64,000 nt of DNA. Source: Candidatus Puniceispirillaceae bacterium (GTDB lineage: Bacteria; Pseudomonadota; Alphaproteobacteria; Puniceispirillales; Puniceispirillaceae). The first letter of the stretch is position 1. Each line of letters begins with the position of its first letter. This document shows positions 39,513 to 48,674 of the stretch, piece by piece. The notes under the pieces were generated by a model, which saw nothing but the letters and a program-made list of their open reading frames with translations, was not told where the DNA came from and ran no database searches. Position numbers and translations under genes: made by a program. Where the stretch lies: the NCBI GenBank assembly GCA_049889495.1, contig JBMHDH010000027.1, positions 252-64,251 on the forward strand, in the 5' to 3' direction.

Positions 39513-40346
39513 ATGAGCAACGGTTCTGAAATTATGGCCCCAAATATGAGCGCAGTTAAGATTAAAATCGAAAATCTGACCAAGTCTTTCGCAGGCAAGC
39601 CTGTGTTAAAAGGCGTTTCAGTTGAAGTCAAAGAACAAGAATCGCTGGTGATTATCGGCACATCAGGTTGCGGAAAATCGGTGACACTGAAATGCCTATT
39701 GGGGCTGATTACCCCTGATTCAGGCCATATTTATATTGATGGGGTTGATACGGTATCGCAAAGCCGTAAAACAAGGGAAGACATGCTGCATCGCTTTGGC
39801 ATGACCTTTCAATTTGGCGCCTTATTTGATTCGTTGCCTATTTGGGAAAATATCACCTTTCGATTACGCCAGAAAACCAAAATGAGCAAGCAAGAGGCAC
39901 GCGATATCGCCACCGCCATTGTTGAACAGTTGGGCCTTGGCGCACATGTGATTGATCAATATCCCGCGGAATTATCAGGCGGCATGCAAAAGCGCGTGGC
40001 CTTGGCACGTGCCATTGCCGATAAGCCCGAAATCCTTCTATTTGACGAGCCAACATCTGGCCTTGATCCCATTACAGGCGGGGTGATTGATAATCTGATT
40101 ACGGATTCAGTTAAACGCCTTGGGGCAACCGCGATTACCATCAGCCATGATATGGCCTCTGTGCGGCGTATCGCTGATAAGGTTGCGATGATCCATAAAG
40201 GGGTGGTGATTTGGTGCGGCCCTGTCGCAGAGATGGATCATACAGGCATCCCAGAAGTTGATCAATTTGTGCATGGCAAGGCGAATGGGCCGTTAACCAA
40301 CGCCATTAACGAGAGTGCCAAAGCAAAAGATCAGGCACTGTCATGA
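39513..40346 (+). CDS. mlaF: MlaF-like ABC transporter ATP-binding protein
   Basis: Walker A GTSGCGKSV, signature LSGGMQKRVALARA, Walker B LLFDEPTSGLD. I chose ATG 39513, 3 nt after the mlaE stop, over the overlapping ORF-track start at 39378. Confidence 0.8.
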   Translation: MSNGSEIMAPNMSAVKIKIENLTKSFAGKPVLKGVSVEVKEQESLVIIGTSGCGKSVTLKCLLGLITPDSGHIYIDGVDTVSQSRKTREDMLHRFGMTFQFGALFDSLPIWENITFRLRQKTKMSKQEARDIATAIVEQLGLGAHVIDQYPAELSGGMQKRVALARAIADKPEILLFDEPTSGLDPITGGVIDNLITDSVKRLGATAITISHDMASVRRIADKVAMIHKGVVIWCGPVAEMDHTGIPEVDQFVHGKANGPLTNAINESAKAKDQALS

Positions 40347-40364
40347 TGAAAAGCACAACGTAAC

Positions 40365-41735
40365 ATGGCGAAATCTAATACACGATATGTCTGTTCTTCT
40401 TGCGGCACGCCGTCTGCCAAATGGTCTGGCAAATGTGATGGGTGCGGGGAATGGAATACCCTAGCCGAAGAAGTGAGCGCGGGCCTTTCCACCCCAGGCA
40501 AAAAAATTGCTGGTAAAAGAGTCCAGCTGGAAAAGCTGAATGAAACAGAAGACAGACCGCCTCTGCAACGCCATAAATCAGCCATTCATGAGCTAGATCG
40601 CGTGGTGGGCGGCGGCATTGTCCCAGGCTCCGCGATGCTGATTGGCGGTGATCCTGGCATTGGCAAATCAACCTTGCTGTTACAATTATTATGCAAATTT
40701 GCCAAAGATGGGCTACGAGCGGCTTATTTTTCAGGCGAAGAATCAGCCGAACAAGTGCGGATGCGTGCCCAAAGATTGCAATTATCATCTGCGCCCTTGC
40801 AATTGGCAACCGCAACCAATGCCGCTGATATCGCCGCCTCTTTATCAGGCAGTGACGGCTTTGATATTGTGGTGATCGATTCTATTCAAACCATGTATTT
40901 GCCAACCCTAGATTCCGCCCCTGGTACGGTTTCGCAAGTGCGCGCCTCAGCACAAGAGCTTATTCACGCCGCCAAATCATGTGGCGCGGCGGTGTTCTTT
41001 GTTGGTCATGTCACCAAAGAAGGCGCCATCGCTGGTCCACGCGTTCTTGAACATATGGTGGATTGTGTTCTTTATTTCGAAGGTGACCGCAGTCATCATT
41101 TCCGCATCTTGCGCGGTGTGAAAAACCGCTTTGGCCCAACCGATGAAATCGGTGTGTTTGAAATGACGGAAATGGGCTTATCAGAGGTCCAAAACCCATC
41201 CGAATTATTTTTGGCTGATCGGCGTGAAAATGTCGCTGGTGCCGCTGTTTTTGCAGGGCTTGAAGGCTCTCGCCCTGTGCTTGTGGAAATCGAAGCTCTT
41301 GTGGCCCCTTCAAGCTTGGCCGCCCCACGCCGCAATGTTGTGGGATGGGATTCCAGCCGCCTTGCCATGTTAACCGCAGTTCTCGAAGCGCGATGCGGTG
41401 TCCCCCTATCAGGCAGAGATATCTTTTTAAATGTCGCAGGGGGCTTGAAAATCAGCGAACCTGCCGCTGATATGGCGGTGGCGGCGGCCTTGATTTCATC
41501 TGTCACAGGCCTGCCTTTACCAGAACGATCTGTGTTTTTTGGCGAGGTCGCCTTATCAGGGGAATTGCGGCAGGTCGCACAAGCTGAAGCCCGCTTAAAA
41601 GAAGCCTTTAAATTGGGATTTGATCAAGCGATTATGCCACGACCACGCAAATCGGGCCCTGCCCCCAAAGGTTTGACTGTCCAGAATATCGAAAATTTGG
41701 CACAATTAATTGCAACTTTAGGAGGTCTGGAGTAG
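40365..41735 (+). CDS. radA: DNA repair protein RadA/Sms
   Basis: 456-aa ORF with the N-terminal zinc finger YVCSSCGTPSAKWSGKCDGCGEWNT, Walker A GDPGIGKSTLLLQ and a Lon-like C-terminus. Confidence 0.95.
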   Translation: MAKSNTRYVCSSCGTPSAKWSGKCDGCGEWNTLAEEVSAGLSTPGKKIAGKRVQLEKLNETEDRPPLQRHKSAIHELDRVVGGGIVPGSAMLIGGDPGIGKSTLLLQLLCKFAKDGLRAAYFSGEESAEQVRMRAQRLQLSSAPLQLATATNAADIAASLSGSDGFDIVVIDSIQTMYLPTLDSAPGTVSQVRASAQELIHAAKSCGAAVFFVGHVTKEGAIAGPRVLEHMVDCVLYFEGDRSHHFRILRGVKNRFGPTDEIGVFEMTEMGLSEVQNPSELFLADRRENVAGAAVFAGLEGSRPVLVEIEALVAPSSLAAPRRNVVGWDSSRLAMLTAVLEARCGVPLSGRDIFLNVAGGLKISEPAADMAVAAALISSVTGLPLPERSVFFGEVALSGELRQVAQAEARLKEAFKLGFDQAIMPRPRKSGPAPKGLTVQNIENLAQLIATLGGLE

Positions 41736-41769
41736 GACTATCTCATATGTCTAGCCAGATTGGGTACAA

Positions 41770-42414
41770 ATGGATTTTGCGGCCTTAAATTTTGTTGATT
41801 ATGCGATCTTAGTCATTTTGGCGATTTCAAGCATCCTATCAACCTTGCGTGGTATGACCAGAGAAGCGTTAGGTCTGCTTGGATGGGCTTTATCTGTGTT
41901 AATGGCACGCTTGCTTGGCCCTTTCCTAGAAGATCCCATTGCGTCACTTATTCCAAACGAATCTCTTGTTTCTGGTATTGCATGGACCATCCCCTTTTTA
42001 ATCACCGTGATCTTATGGTTTATCTTGGCAAGTTTGATGTCCCCAGGCTTAAAAAAAGCAGGGCTAGGTGCCCTTGATCGCTGGCTTGGCGTTGTCTTTG
42101 GATTTGTGCGCGGTGTCTTTATGGTCACAGCCATTTATTTGGGCGTTGTAATCGGACTTGGCGGCGAACAAAATCTGCCGCAAATCGCCACCCAAGCGCA
42201 ATCAGCCAATGTGGTGCGTGCCCTTGGCTCTATTGTCCAGCCCTTATTGCCATCTGATTTGGCAGACCAGTTGCAAGCTGGTCTAAGAGAAGCAGATATC
42301 GAGGCCCTCACCCCCACCCAGCCTGAATTCATTGAACAAGGCATTGACGCTGTTGGGGATACCAAAAACGAACGACTTGACGGTCTGAATCTTCTGACCG
42401 ACGAGACCAATTAA
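41770..42414 (+). CDS. cvpA: CvpA-family membrane protein
   Basis: 214-aa ORF with 4 TM segments, immediately upstream of purF. This is the conserved cvpA-purF pair. Confidence 0.8.
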   Translation: MDFAALNFVDYAILVILAISSILSTLRGMTREALGLLGWALSVLMARLLGPFLEDPIASLIPNESLVSGIAWTIPFLITVILWFILASLMSPGLKKAGLGALDRWLGVVFGFVRGVFMVTAIYLGVVIGLGGEQNLPQIATQAQSANVVRALGSIVQPLLPSDLADQLQAGLREADIEALTPTQPEFIEQGIDAVGDTKNERLDGLNLLTDETN

Positions 42415-42437
42415 CATAACGGAAAGACCCGAACGCA

Positions 42438-43901
42438 ATGACCACGCCGTTTGATATCTCACAAGATGATGACCATTTGCATGAAGAATGTGCGGTATTT
42501 GGAGCATATGATACGGAAAAGGCGGCCCATTTATTAACCGCGCTTGGCCTGCATGCCCTACAGCATCGTGGCCAAGAAGCGACAGGCATGGTCTCAAATA
42601 ATAGCGGTCATTATAACGCACTTCGCGGTTTGGGCCATGTGGGCCATAATTTTGATGCCAATTCATCTGAGATGGCCGCTATGGCAGGGCATTTCGCGAT
42701 TGGCCATAATCGCTATTCCACCACAGGCCAATCAGAATATCGGAATATCCAACCTTTTTTAACTGAATTAAACACAGGTGATTTTGCCCTTGCCCATAAT
42801 GGCAATTTGATTAATGCGGCGCGTCTTCGCGCCTCATTGGTTGCCGCAGGCAGCTTGTTTCAATCCACAACAGATACGGAAATCATCATCCATCTTGTGG
42901 CGCGCTCTCATCGCAAAAACCCGCTTGAAAAGCTGATCGAAGCATTGATGCAAATTGAAGGTGCTTATGCGCTTGTCTGTTTATTTGATGAAAAGCTGAT
43001 TGGCGTAAGAGATCCCCTTGGCATCAGACCCTTGGTGCTTGGCAAAACAGCAAGCGGTTATGTGCTGGCTTCTGAAACATGTGGACTCGATATCATTGGG
43101 GCTGAATTTGTTCGCGATATCGAAGCAGGCGAAATGGTGATCATTGATGCTGATGGCGTGACCTCGCAACACCCCTTTTCGCAGACAGGGTCACGGTTTT
43201 GTGTCTTTGAATATGTCTATTTTGCCCGTCCTGATTCCACATTAGAAGGCAGAGGCGTTTATCAAACAAGAAAACAGATTGGCCATGAACTAGCCGCTGA
43301 ATCCCATATTGAAGCTGATGTGGTTGTCCCTGTGCCTGATTCTGGCGTACCAGCCGCCCTTGGCTATGCTGAAGCCTCTGGCATTCCATTTGATTTGGGC
43401 ATTATCCGCAACCATTATATTGGCCGCACCTTTATTCAGCCGACACAGGCAGGTCGCACGCAATCTGTGCGCATGAAACATAACGCCAACCCTGCGACCA
43501 TCAAAGGCAAGCGCGTTGTGTTAATTGATGATTCCATTGTGCGTGGCACCACCTCGCGCAAAATTGTATCAATGGTGCGTGAAGCAGGCGCAAAAGAAGT
43601 GCATATGCGCATTGCCAGCCCGCCAACCATCAGCCCCTGCTATTACGGCGTTGATACACCAGATAAAGATAAATTAATCGCCTCTTATATGAGCGTTGAC
43701 GAAATTGCTAAGGAAATTGGCGCAGATAGCCTTGCCTTTGTCTCAGAAAATGGCCTCTATCGGGCAATGGGCTTTGCCAAGGGGCGCAATCAAGATTGCC
43801 CACAATTCTGTGATGCCTGTTTTACAGGTGATTATCCCGTTCAAACAACAAGCGACAGAGTATCCACTGGGGTAACAAAAGATGACGAAACGATTAGATA
43901 A
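42438..43901 (+). CDS. purF: amidophosphoribosyltransferase
   Basis: 487-aa ORF with the N-terminal nucleophile context ECAVFGAY and the PRPP motif VVLIDDSIVRGTT. Confidence 0.95.
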   Translation: MTTPFDISQDDDHLHEECAVFGAYDTEKAAHLLTALGLHALQHRGQEATGMVSNNSGHYNALRGLGHVGHNFDANSSEMAAMAGHFAIGHNRYSTTGQSEYRNIQPFLTELNTGDFALAHNGNLINAARLRASLVAAGSLFQSTTDTEIIIHLVARSHRKNPLEKLIEALMQIEGAYALVCLFDEKLIGVRDPLGIRPLVLGKTASGYVLASETCGLDIIGAEFVRDIEAGEMVIIDADGVTSQHPFSQTGSRFCVFEYVYFARPDSTLEGRGVYQTRKQIGHELAAESHIEADVVVPVPDSGVPAALGYAEASGIPFDLGIIRNHYIGRTFIQPTQAGRTQSVRMKHNANPATIKGKRVVLIDDSIVRGTTSRKIVSMVREAGAKEVHMRIASPPTISPCYYGVDTPDKDKLIASYMSVDEIAKEIGADSLAFVSENGLYRAMGFAKGRNQDCPQFCDACFTGDYPVQTTSDRVSTGVTKDDETIR

Positions 43902-44604
43902 TAAAGTAATCCTTGTCACGGGTGCCAGCCGTGGCATTGGTAAAGCGGTCGCATTGGAAGCTGCCAAACAAGGCGCAGAATTAATTATCACAGGCCGCAC
44001 AACAGGTGCCCTCGAAGAAGTAGATGATGACATTCATGCCGCTGGGGGGAATGCTGTCATTGTTGAGCTTGATCAAACAGATTTCGACGCGATCCCGCGT
44101 CTAGCAGCTGCCATTTCGCAACGCTGGGGGCGACTTGACGGATTTGTGGCCAATGCGGGCCAGCTTGGACAATTATCACCTGTTCCCTATAGCGAGGCAG
44201 ATGTGTTTGAGCGCACCATCACAGTGAATTTGACATCTGTCTTTCACATGATCAAAGCCTTCGACCCTTTATTACGCGCATCACAAGCAGGCAGAGCCAT
44301 TTTGGTCACATCTGGCGCCTCAGAAGGCCCGCGTCCCTTTTGGGGCCCCTATGCGGCATCAAAAGCAGGTCTAGAGGCTTTGGGGCGGTCTTGGGCCGCT
44401 GAATCAGAACAGACCAATATGAAAATTAACTTGCTGAACCCTGGCGGCACCAGAACCGCGATGCGTGCTGCTGCCTTCCCTGGTGAAAATCCAGACAGCT
44501 TGCCAACAGGCGCTGATATTGCCCCTGCCTTTATTGATTTGCTTGCTGATGATTGCCCCTATCATGGGGCGCGTGTCGATGCACGTACGTTGGTCGGACT
44601 TTAA
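43882..44604 (+). CDS. SDR-family oxidoreductase
   Basis: 240-aa ORF with VTGASRGIGKAVAL and YAASKAG. Its start overlaps the purF 3' end by 20 nt. Confidence 0.8.
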   Translation: MTKRLDNKVILVTGASRGIGKAVALEAAKQGAELIITGRTTGALEEVDDDIHAAGGNAVIVELDQTDFDAIPRLAAAISQRWGRLDGFVANAGQLGQLSPVPYSEADVFERTITVNLTSVFHMIKAFDPLLRASQAGRAILVTSGASEGPRPFWGPYAASKAGLEALGRSWAAESEQTNMKINLLNPGGTRTAMRAAAFPGENPDSLPTGADIAPAFIDLLADDCPYHGARVDARTLVGL

Positions 44605-46506
44605 TCACGCCCCCTTGCGCTCAGCGTGAAATAGCCGTTCTGGCTGCACGAGCTGACAGATCTCATCATCACAGCCTTGCGGAAGTCCGAGCGCTTGAGA
44701 TACCAGCATTTCGGCTAATAATGGCGCATTGGTCATCCCCCACGCGCCAAGCGCAGACAACACATATAGACCACCTTTATCTGGTAAACCGCCCATATCT
44801 GTACTTTGATCAAGCGCACCACAGATCGGAAAACGATCTGGCGTTGATAAACGATAGGATAATCGGCCATTTGCCTTTGTGATATCGGGTGCGAGATGCT
44901 GCCACTCTTGCGGCATTAAGGACAGATTATGCTGGTGGCCTTTGATTGTAACTTCGCTTTGACCTGTTTTATCAAAGCTTGCACCGATATAATGATGCCC
45001 TTCAATCTCTGGGGTTAAATAACCGCCATAAGTGATGGCATCCTTGGTCTTTGCCAAGGGGGAGGATGATGACCAGAAACTGATCTGACCTGCGCTGATT
45101 TGATGCTCTATCTCTGGCAGATGCGAGGCGCGCAATAACGCAGGCAACAAGGCACCACATGTCACAAAGACAAGATCAGCCTCTAACAGATCTTTATTTT
45201 CCAAATGCACGCAATAAGCCCCATTGGCACTCTCATTTTTTGTGATTTCCGTGACACCGCAATTGGTCATGACGCTGGCATGGCGTGCCAAATACTGCAC
45301 AAATCTTTCAGGGTAAATCACAGATGCCGCTGATTGGCGACTTCCTTTACGCGCAAATGGCAAACCAGCTTGTTCTGCTAATTCCTCTGCGGAAAGGGGC
45401 TGAAACAGCTCAGCAGGCCAACCAGATTGCACCAATTTATCATGCCGCACCTCGTCCTTATCACGCATCATTGTGCTAACCACACCAGATTTGGCAATTG
45501 CTTTTGCCGCATTCGCAAGCATCTGGGCATAGGATAAACAAGCCACCGACAGACGGCCTGGTGCATCATGCAAGACGCGAAGACGCGCTGTTTGCAATGC
45601 CACAGGATTGCCAGATGCTTTATCCGCCAAATTTGGACCTGCTTCTAAGATGGTGGCTGAAATACCGCGCCCATAAAGCGCATGGGCAAGGCTGGCACCT
45701 GCTATCCCGCCCCCAATAATCAACGCGCTTTTCGGCAAGAATTTTGGCAAAGATGGTGGCAGTAAGATCTCTTTTGCTGGCAAATGCGCAGTGATCATCT
45801 CTCTTTTACGGCCATAGCCAGCCTTCTTTTCCACAACAAACCCTGCCGCCGTCAGCCCTCTTTTTACCGCGCCAGCAGCGGTAAAAGTGGCAAGGCGCGC
45901 GCCCGCAACAGAACAACGACTAATCTGTGTGTAAAGTGCCTCTTGCCACAGGCTTTCATTTGATTTGGGGTTAAACCCATCCAAAAACCATGCATCAGCC
46001 TGAAATGAGATAGATCGCAGGTGCGATAAGGCATTACCAAAATACAAATGCAGATGATCTTTGCCATCAGCGAAAATACGTTTGTGATAACCTGGCCATC
46101 TAGGGGGTAGGTTTGCGCGCAATGCCTTTGAATAGCTGGCCACTTCAGCAAATGGGCGATGCGCAATTTCAATCAAATCCGCTGGCAGAGGACAAGATTC
46201 AAAACTGATAAAATCAAGTCGGCAATGCGGGTTAATGTCATCACGTATCTGTTGGACTGCGATAAAATTTAACCCTGTGCCAAAGCCTGTTTCTGCAATT
46301 GTCACATGATTTTGCGTCTTGATCAGCTCTGGCAAGCCAGTGCTATCGCAAAACACATAACGGCTTTCTGCCAGCCCATCCTCGCGCGAGAAATAAATAT
46401 CCCCATGCGCGCGTGAGACAAGCGCATCACCTTTGATTTCAATATCTGGATCAGGCAATCGCACATCAGGTATGCCAGCATCATCGGTGGGAAATAAGCC
46501 TGTCAT
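44605..46506 (-). CDS. mnmC: bifunctional tRNA (mnm5s2U34) methyltransferase / FAD-dependent cmnm5s2U34 oxidoreductase
   Basis: 633-aa ORF. The N-terminal methyltransferase part contains ETGFGTGLNF. The C-terminal DAO part contains the FAD motif IIGGGIAGASLAHAL. Confidence 0.85.
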   Translation of the reverse strand: MTGLFPTDDAGIPDVRLPDPDIEIKGDALVSRAHGDIYFSREDGLAESRYVFCDSTGLPELIKTQNHVTIAETGFGTGLNFIAVQQIRDDINPHCRLDFISFESCPLPADLIEIAHRPFAEVASYSKALRANLPPRWPGYHKRIFADGKDHLHLYFGNALSHLRSISFQADAWFLDGFNPKSNESLWQEALYTQISRCSVAGARLATFTAAGAVKRGLTAAGFVVEKKAGYGRKREMITAHLPAKEILLPPSLPKFLPKSALIIGGGIAGASLAHALYGRGISATILEAGPNLADKASGNPVALQTARLRVLHDAPGRLSVACLSYAQMLANAAKAIAKSGVVSTMMRDKDEVRHDKLVQSGWPAELFQPLSAEELAEQAGLPFARKGSRQSAASVIYPERFVQYLARHASVMTNCGVTEITKNESANGAYCVHLENKDLLEADLVFVTCGALLPALLRASHLPEIEHQISAGQISFWSSSSPLAKTKDAITYGGYLTPEIEGHHYIGASFDKTGQSEVTIKGHQHNLSLMPQEWQHLAPDITKANGRLSYRLSTPDRFPICGALDQSTDMGGLPDKGGLYVLSALGAWGMTNAPLLAEMLVSQALGLPQGCDDEICQLVQPERLFHAERKGA

Positions 46507-46589
46507 AAAACTCCTTGTCTAAAAGGTTAATGCTAAAATACTTAGCACGGAGGTTGAATACGGCAAGCATACAGCGAAAGGCAAAAAAT

Positions 46590-47858
46590 ATGAAAAGGCG
46601 AATTCCAGTTTCTTTCAGAATTTTTTCTTCTTTTATCACATGTGGCTCTCTGCAAATCAAACTGGCCACGCCCTCTGTTTTTTCGGAGTCTCTTTATAAA
46701 AAAGGGACGAAAGATGGTCCTGATGTTACGATCCAGCTTCAGGATCTGTCTGATTTGCGTAAAATCACGCTAACCCCCCAGCTTGCCATCCCCGAAGCCT
46801 ATATGACAGGCCGCTTGACGCTGATTGACACCAGCCTTGAAGATTTCATGATATTTCTGTTCTGTAACAAACAATCCTATCATAACACCCTTATAGGGCG
46901 CATTGAACATCATCTATCTGATATGCTGGCTTTGTTAAAAGGCAAAATTGCCAGAGGGCGCGCCAAAAAAAATGTCGCACATCATTATGATTTAACAGAT
47001 GCGCTTTATGAATGTTTCTTGGGCGAAACCCGTCAATATAGCTGTGCTTATTTCAAAGAGGATAGCGATGATATTGATCTGGCCCAGCGCCAGAAAATGG
47101 CACATATTGCTGCCAAATTAAAATTAAAGGATGGGGGCCAAATTCTTGATATTGGCTGTGGCTGGGGCGAGCTTGCTTATCACCTCAGCTTGCTAAAAGA
47201 AAAATTGTCTGTCAAAGGCATCACCTTGAGCGAAAATCAATTGGCCTATTGCAACCGCCACATCATCCCGCGCGCGCAAAACTTACAATTTGAACTCAAA
47301 GATTACCGCGATGAAAAAGGTCACTATGATCATATTGTGTCTGTTGGCATGCTAGAACATGTGGGACGACAATCTTATCAGCAATTTTTTGATCAAATAT
47401 CACATTGTTTGAAACAAGATGGCACCGCGCTGATCCATACCATTGGCAAAAGGCGGGCATGTCGTACCACGACGCCTTTCATCAGGAAATATATTTTCCC
47501 AGGGGGGTATATCCCGACCCTAGCTGATTTATCCAACGCCCTTGCCAAGACTGATTTACATATTGGGGATATCGAATGTCTGCATAATCATTATGCCCAA
47601 ACCTTGCGTCATTGGCGCATGGCCTGCGAAGCGAAAAAAGAGACATTGATAAACCTTTATGATGAGGAATTTTACCGCATGTGGCGGTTTTATCTGGCAA
47701 GTTGCGAATATTTTTTCCGTCTTGATGAAGGTGTTGTCTATCAGATACAACTATTTAAGACGCGTGATAAAACGCCCAATATAAGAGATTATATCGCGTT
47801 AAAAGAACAAGATTATTTGGAAATATTATGCCAGACAAACCATTTTGGGAAACAGTGA
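46590..47858 (+). CDS. cyclopropane-fatty-acyl-phospholipid-synthase-like SAM methyltransferase (paralogue 1)
   Basis: Contains HYDLTDALYECFLGETRQYSCAYF, the SAM motif ILDIGCGWGELA, and FPGGYIP. I chose ATG 46590 (MKRRIPV...) over the ORF-track start at 46515. Confidence 0.8.
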   Translation: MKRRIPVSFRIFSSFITCGSLQIKLATPSVFSESLYKKGTKDGPDVTIQLQDLSDLRKITLTPQLAIPEAYMTGRLTLIDTSLEDFMIFLFCNKQSYHNTLIGRIEHHLSDMLALLKGKIARGRAKKNVAHHYDLTDALYECFLGETRQYSCAYFKEDSDDIDLAQRQKMAHIAAKLKLKDGGQILDIGCGWGELAYHLSLLKEKLSVKGITLSENQLAYCNRHIIPRAQNLQFELKDYRDEKGHYDHIVSVGMLEHVGRQSYQQFFDQISHCLKQDGTALIHTIGKRRACRTTTPFIRKYIFPGGYIPTLADLSNALAKTDLHIGDIECLHNHYAQTLRHWRMACEAKKETLINLYDEEFYRMWRFYLASCEYFFRLDEGVVYQIQLFKTRDKTPNIRDYIALKEQDYLEILCQTNHFGKQ

Positions 47859-48310
47859 CTTTGCGCGAAATGACAGACCAGCAATGGGAATCATTATGTG
47901 ATGGTTGCGGGAAATGTTGTGTTTTAAAACTAGAAGATAGTGATACAAACGCCATTTATTACACAGATGTCAGCTGCCAATTATTATGCACCAAATCAGC
48001 CCAATGCACAGATTATGCGAACCGAAAACAGCTGGTTCCTGATTGTGTGATTTTAACAGCAGAAAATTTAGACACGGTGCATTGGATGCCCGAAAGTTGC
48101 GCTTATCGACGCTTGCATGAAGGGCGCCCCTTGCCAGATTGGCATCCCCTTTTGACAGGCAATAAACAAGCGATGATCGCGGCCCATCATTGTGTTGCCA
48201 ATCACGTCACATCTGAAACTGAAATCGCAGAAGATGATATGCCAGATCATCTTTATGATTGGGATCATTTAACCGCAGATGTAAAAATCATAGGAGGTGA
48301 AAGCGAATGA
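47828..48310 (+). CDS. ycgN: YcgN/UPF0260 cysteine-cluster protein
   Basis: 160-aa ORF. PFWETVTLREMTDQQWESLCDGCGKCC...WHPLLTG aligns by eye almost end to end with E. coli YcgN. Its start overlaps the cfa-like gene by 31 nt. Confidence 0.85.
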   Translation: MPDKPFWETVTLREMTDQQWESLCDGCGKCCVLKLEDSDTNAIYYTDVSCQLLCTKSAQCTDYANRKQLVPDCVILTAENLDTVHWMPESCAYRRLHEGRPLPDWHPLLTGNKQAMIAAHHCVANHVTSETEIAEDDMPDHLYDWDHLTADVKIIGGESE

Positions 48311-48480
48311 ATCGCACCATCTTAATTGTGCTACTGGTCGCGCTTGCCTTGGCCATAATCATCCGAAATGAAACAGACCCAAGCAGGCAGGAATGGACCA
48401 ATTGCAAAGAATCTTTGTTCTCACAGGTTGTTTTTGGCGAGTGCACACTCATCTTTGAAGGGGAAGAAGAACCAGCTTAA
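48307..48480 (+). CDS. hypothetical 57-aa membrane-anchored peptide
   Basis: My translation is MNRTILIVLLVALALAIIIRNETDPSRQEWTNCKESLFSQVVFGECTLIFEGEEEPA. The ATG overlaps the ycgN stop (ATGA). It has one TM segment and two Cys. I recognise no family. Confidence 0.3.
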   Translation: MNRTILIVLLVALALAIIIRNETDPSRQEWTNCKESLFSQVVFGECTLIFEGEEEPA

Positions 48481-48504
48481 CCATCCACAATAAAGGGTAT
48501 GATC

Positions 48505-48660
48505 ATGGCAAAAATGGTGCGCAAAGGTGATTTGCCTGAAAAAGATTGTCTCTATTGCCACCGCCCTTTTGCGTGGCGTAAAAAATGGGCACGTGATTGG
48601 GATTCAATCCGCTTTTGCTCTGAAAGATGCAAAAAAGAAGCCAAAAAAGAAGCCAGATAA
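48505..48660 (+). CDS. DUF2256 zinc-ribbon protein
   Basis: My translation is MAKMVRKGDLPEKDCLYCHRPFAWRKKWARDWDSIRFCSERCKKEAKKEAR (51 aa). It matches the C-x2-C-x-RPF-x-WRKKW...W-x3-YCS-x2-C pattern of DUF2256. I prefer it to the 112-aa ORF-track entry in another frame. Confidence 0.75.
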   Translation: MAKMVRKGDLPEKDCLYCHRPFAWRKKWARDWDSIRFCSERCKKEAKKEAR

Positions 48661-48674
48661 AGCAAATAGCGGGG

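Noticed and set aside
44602-44607. Zero-gap convergent stop codons of the SDR (taa 44602-44604) and mnmC (tca 44605-44607), and the 20-nt purF/SDR overlap
   Set aside because: This reflects compact genome organisation, and no additional element fits there. It is noted only as evidence of tight packing.
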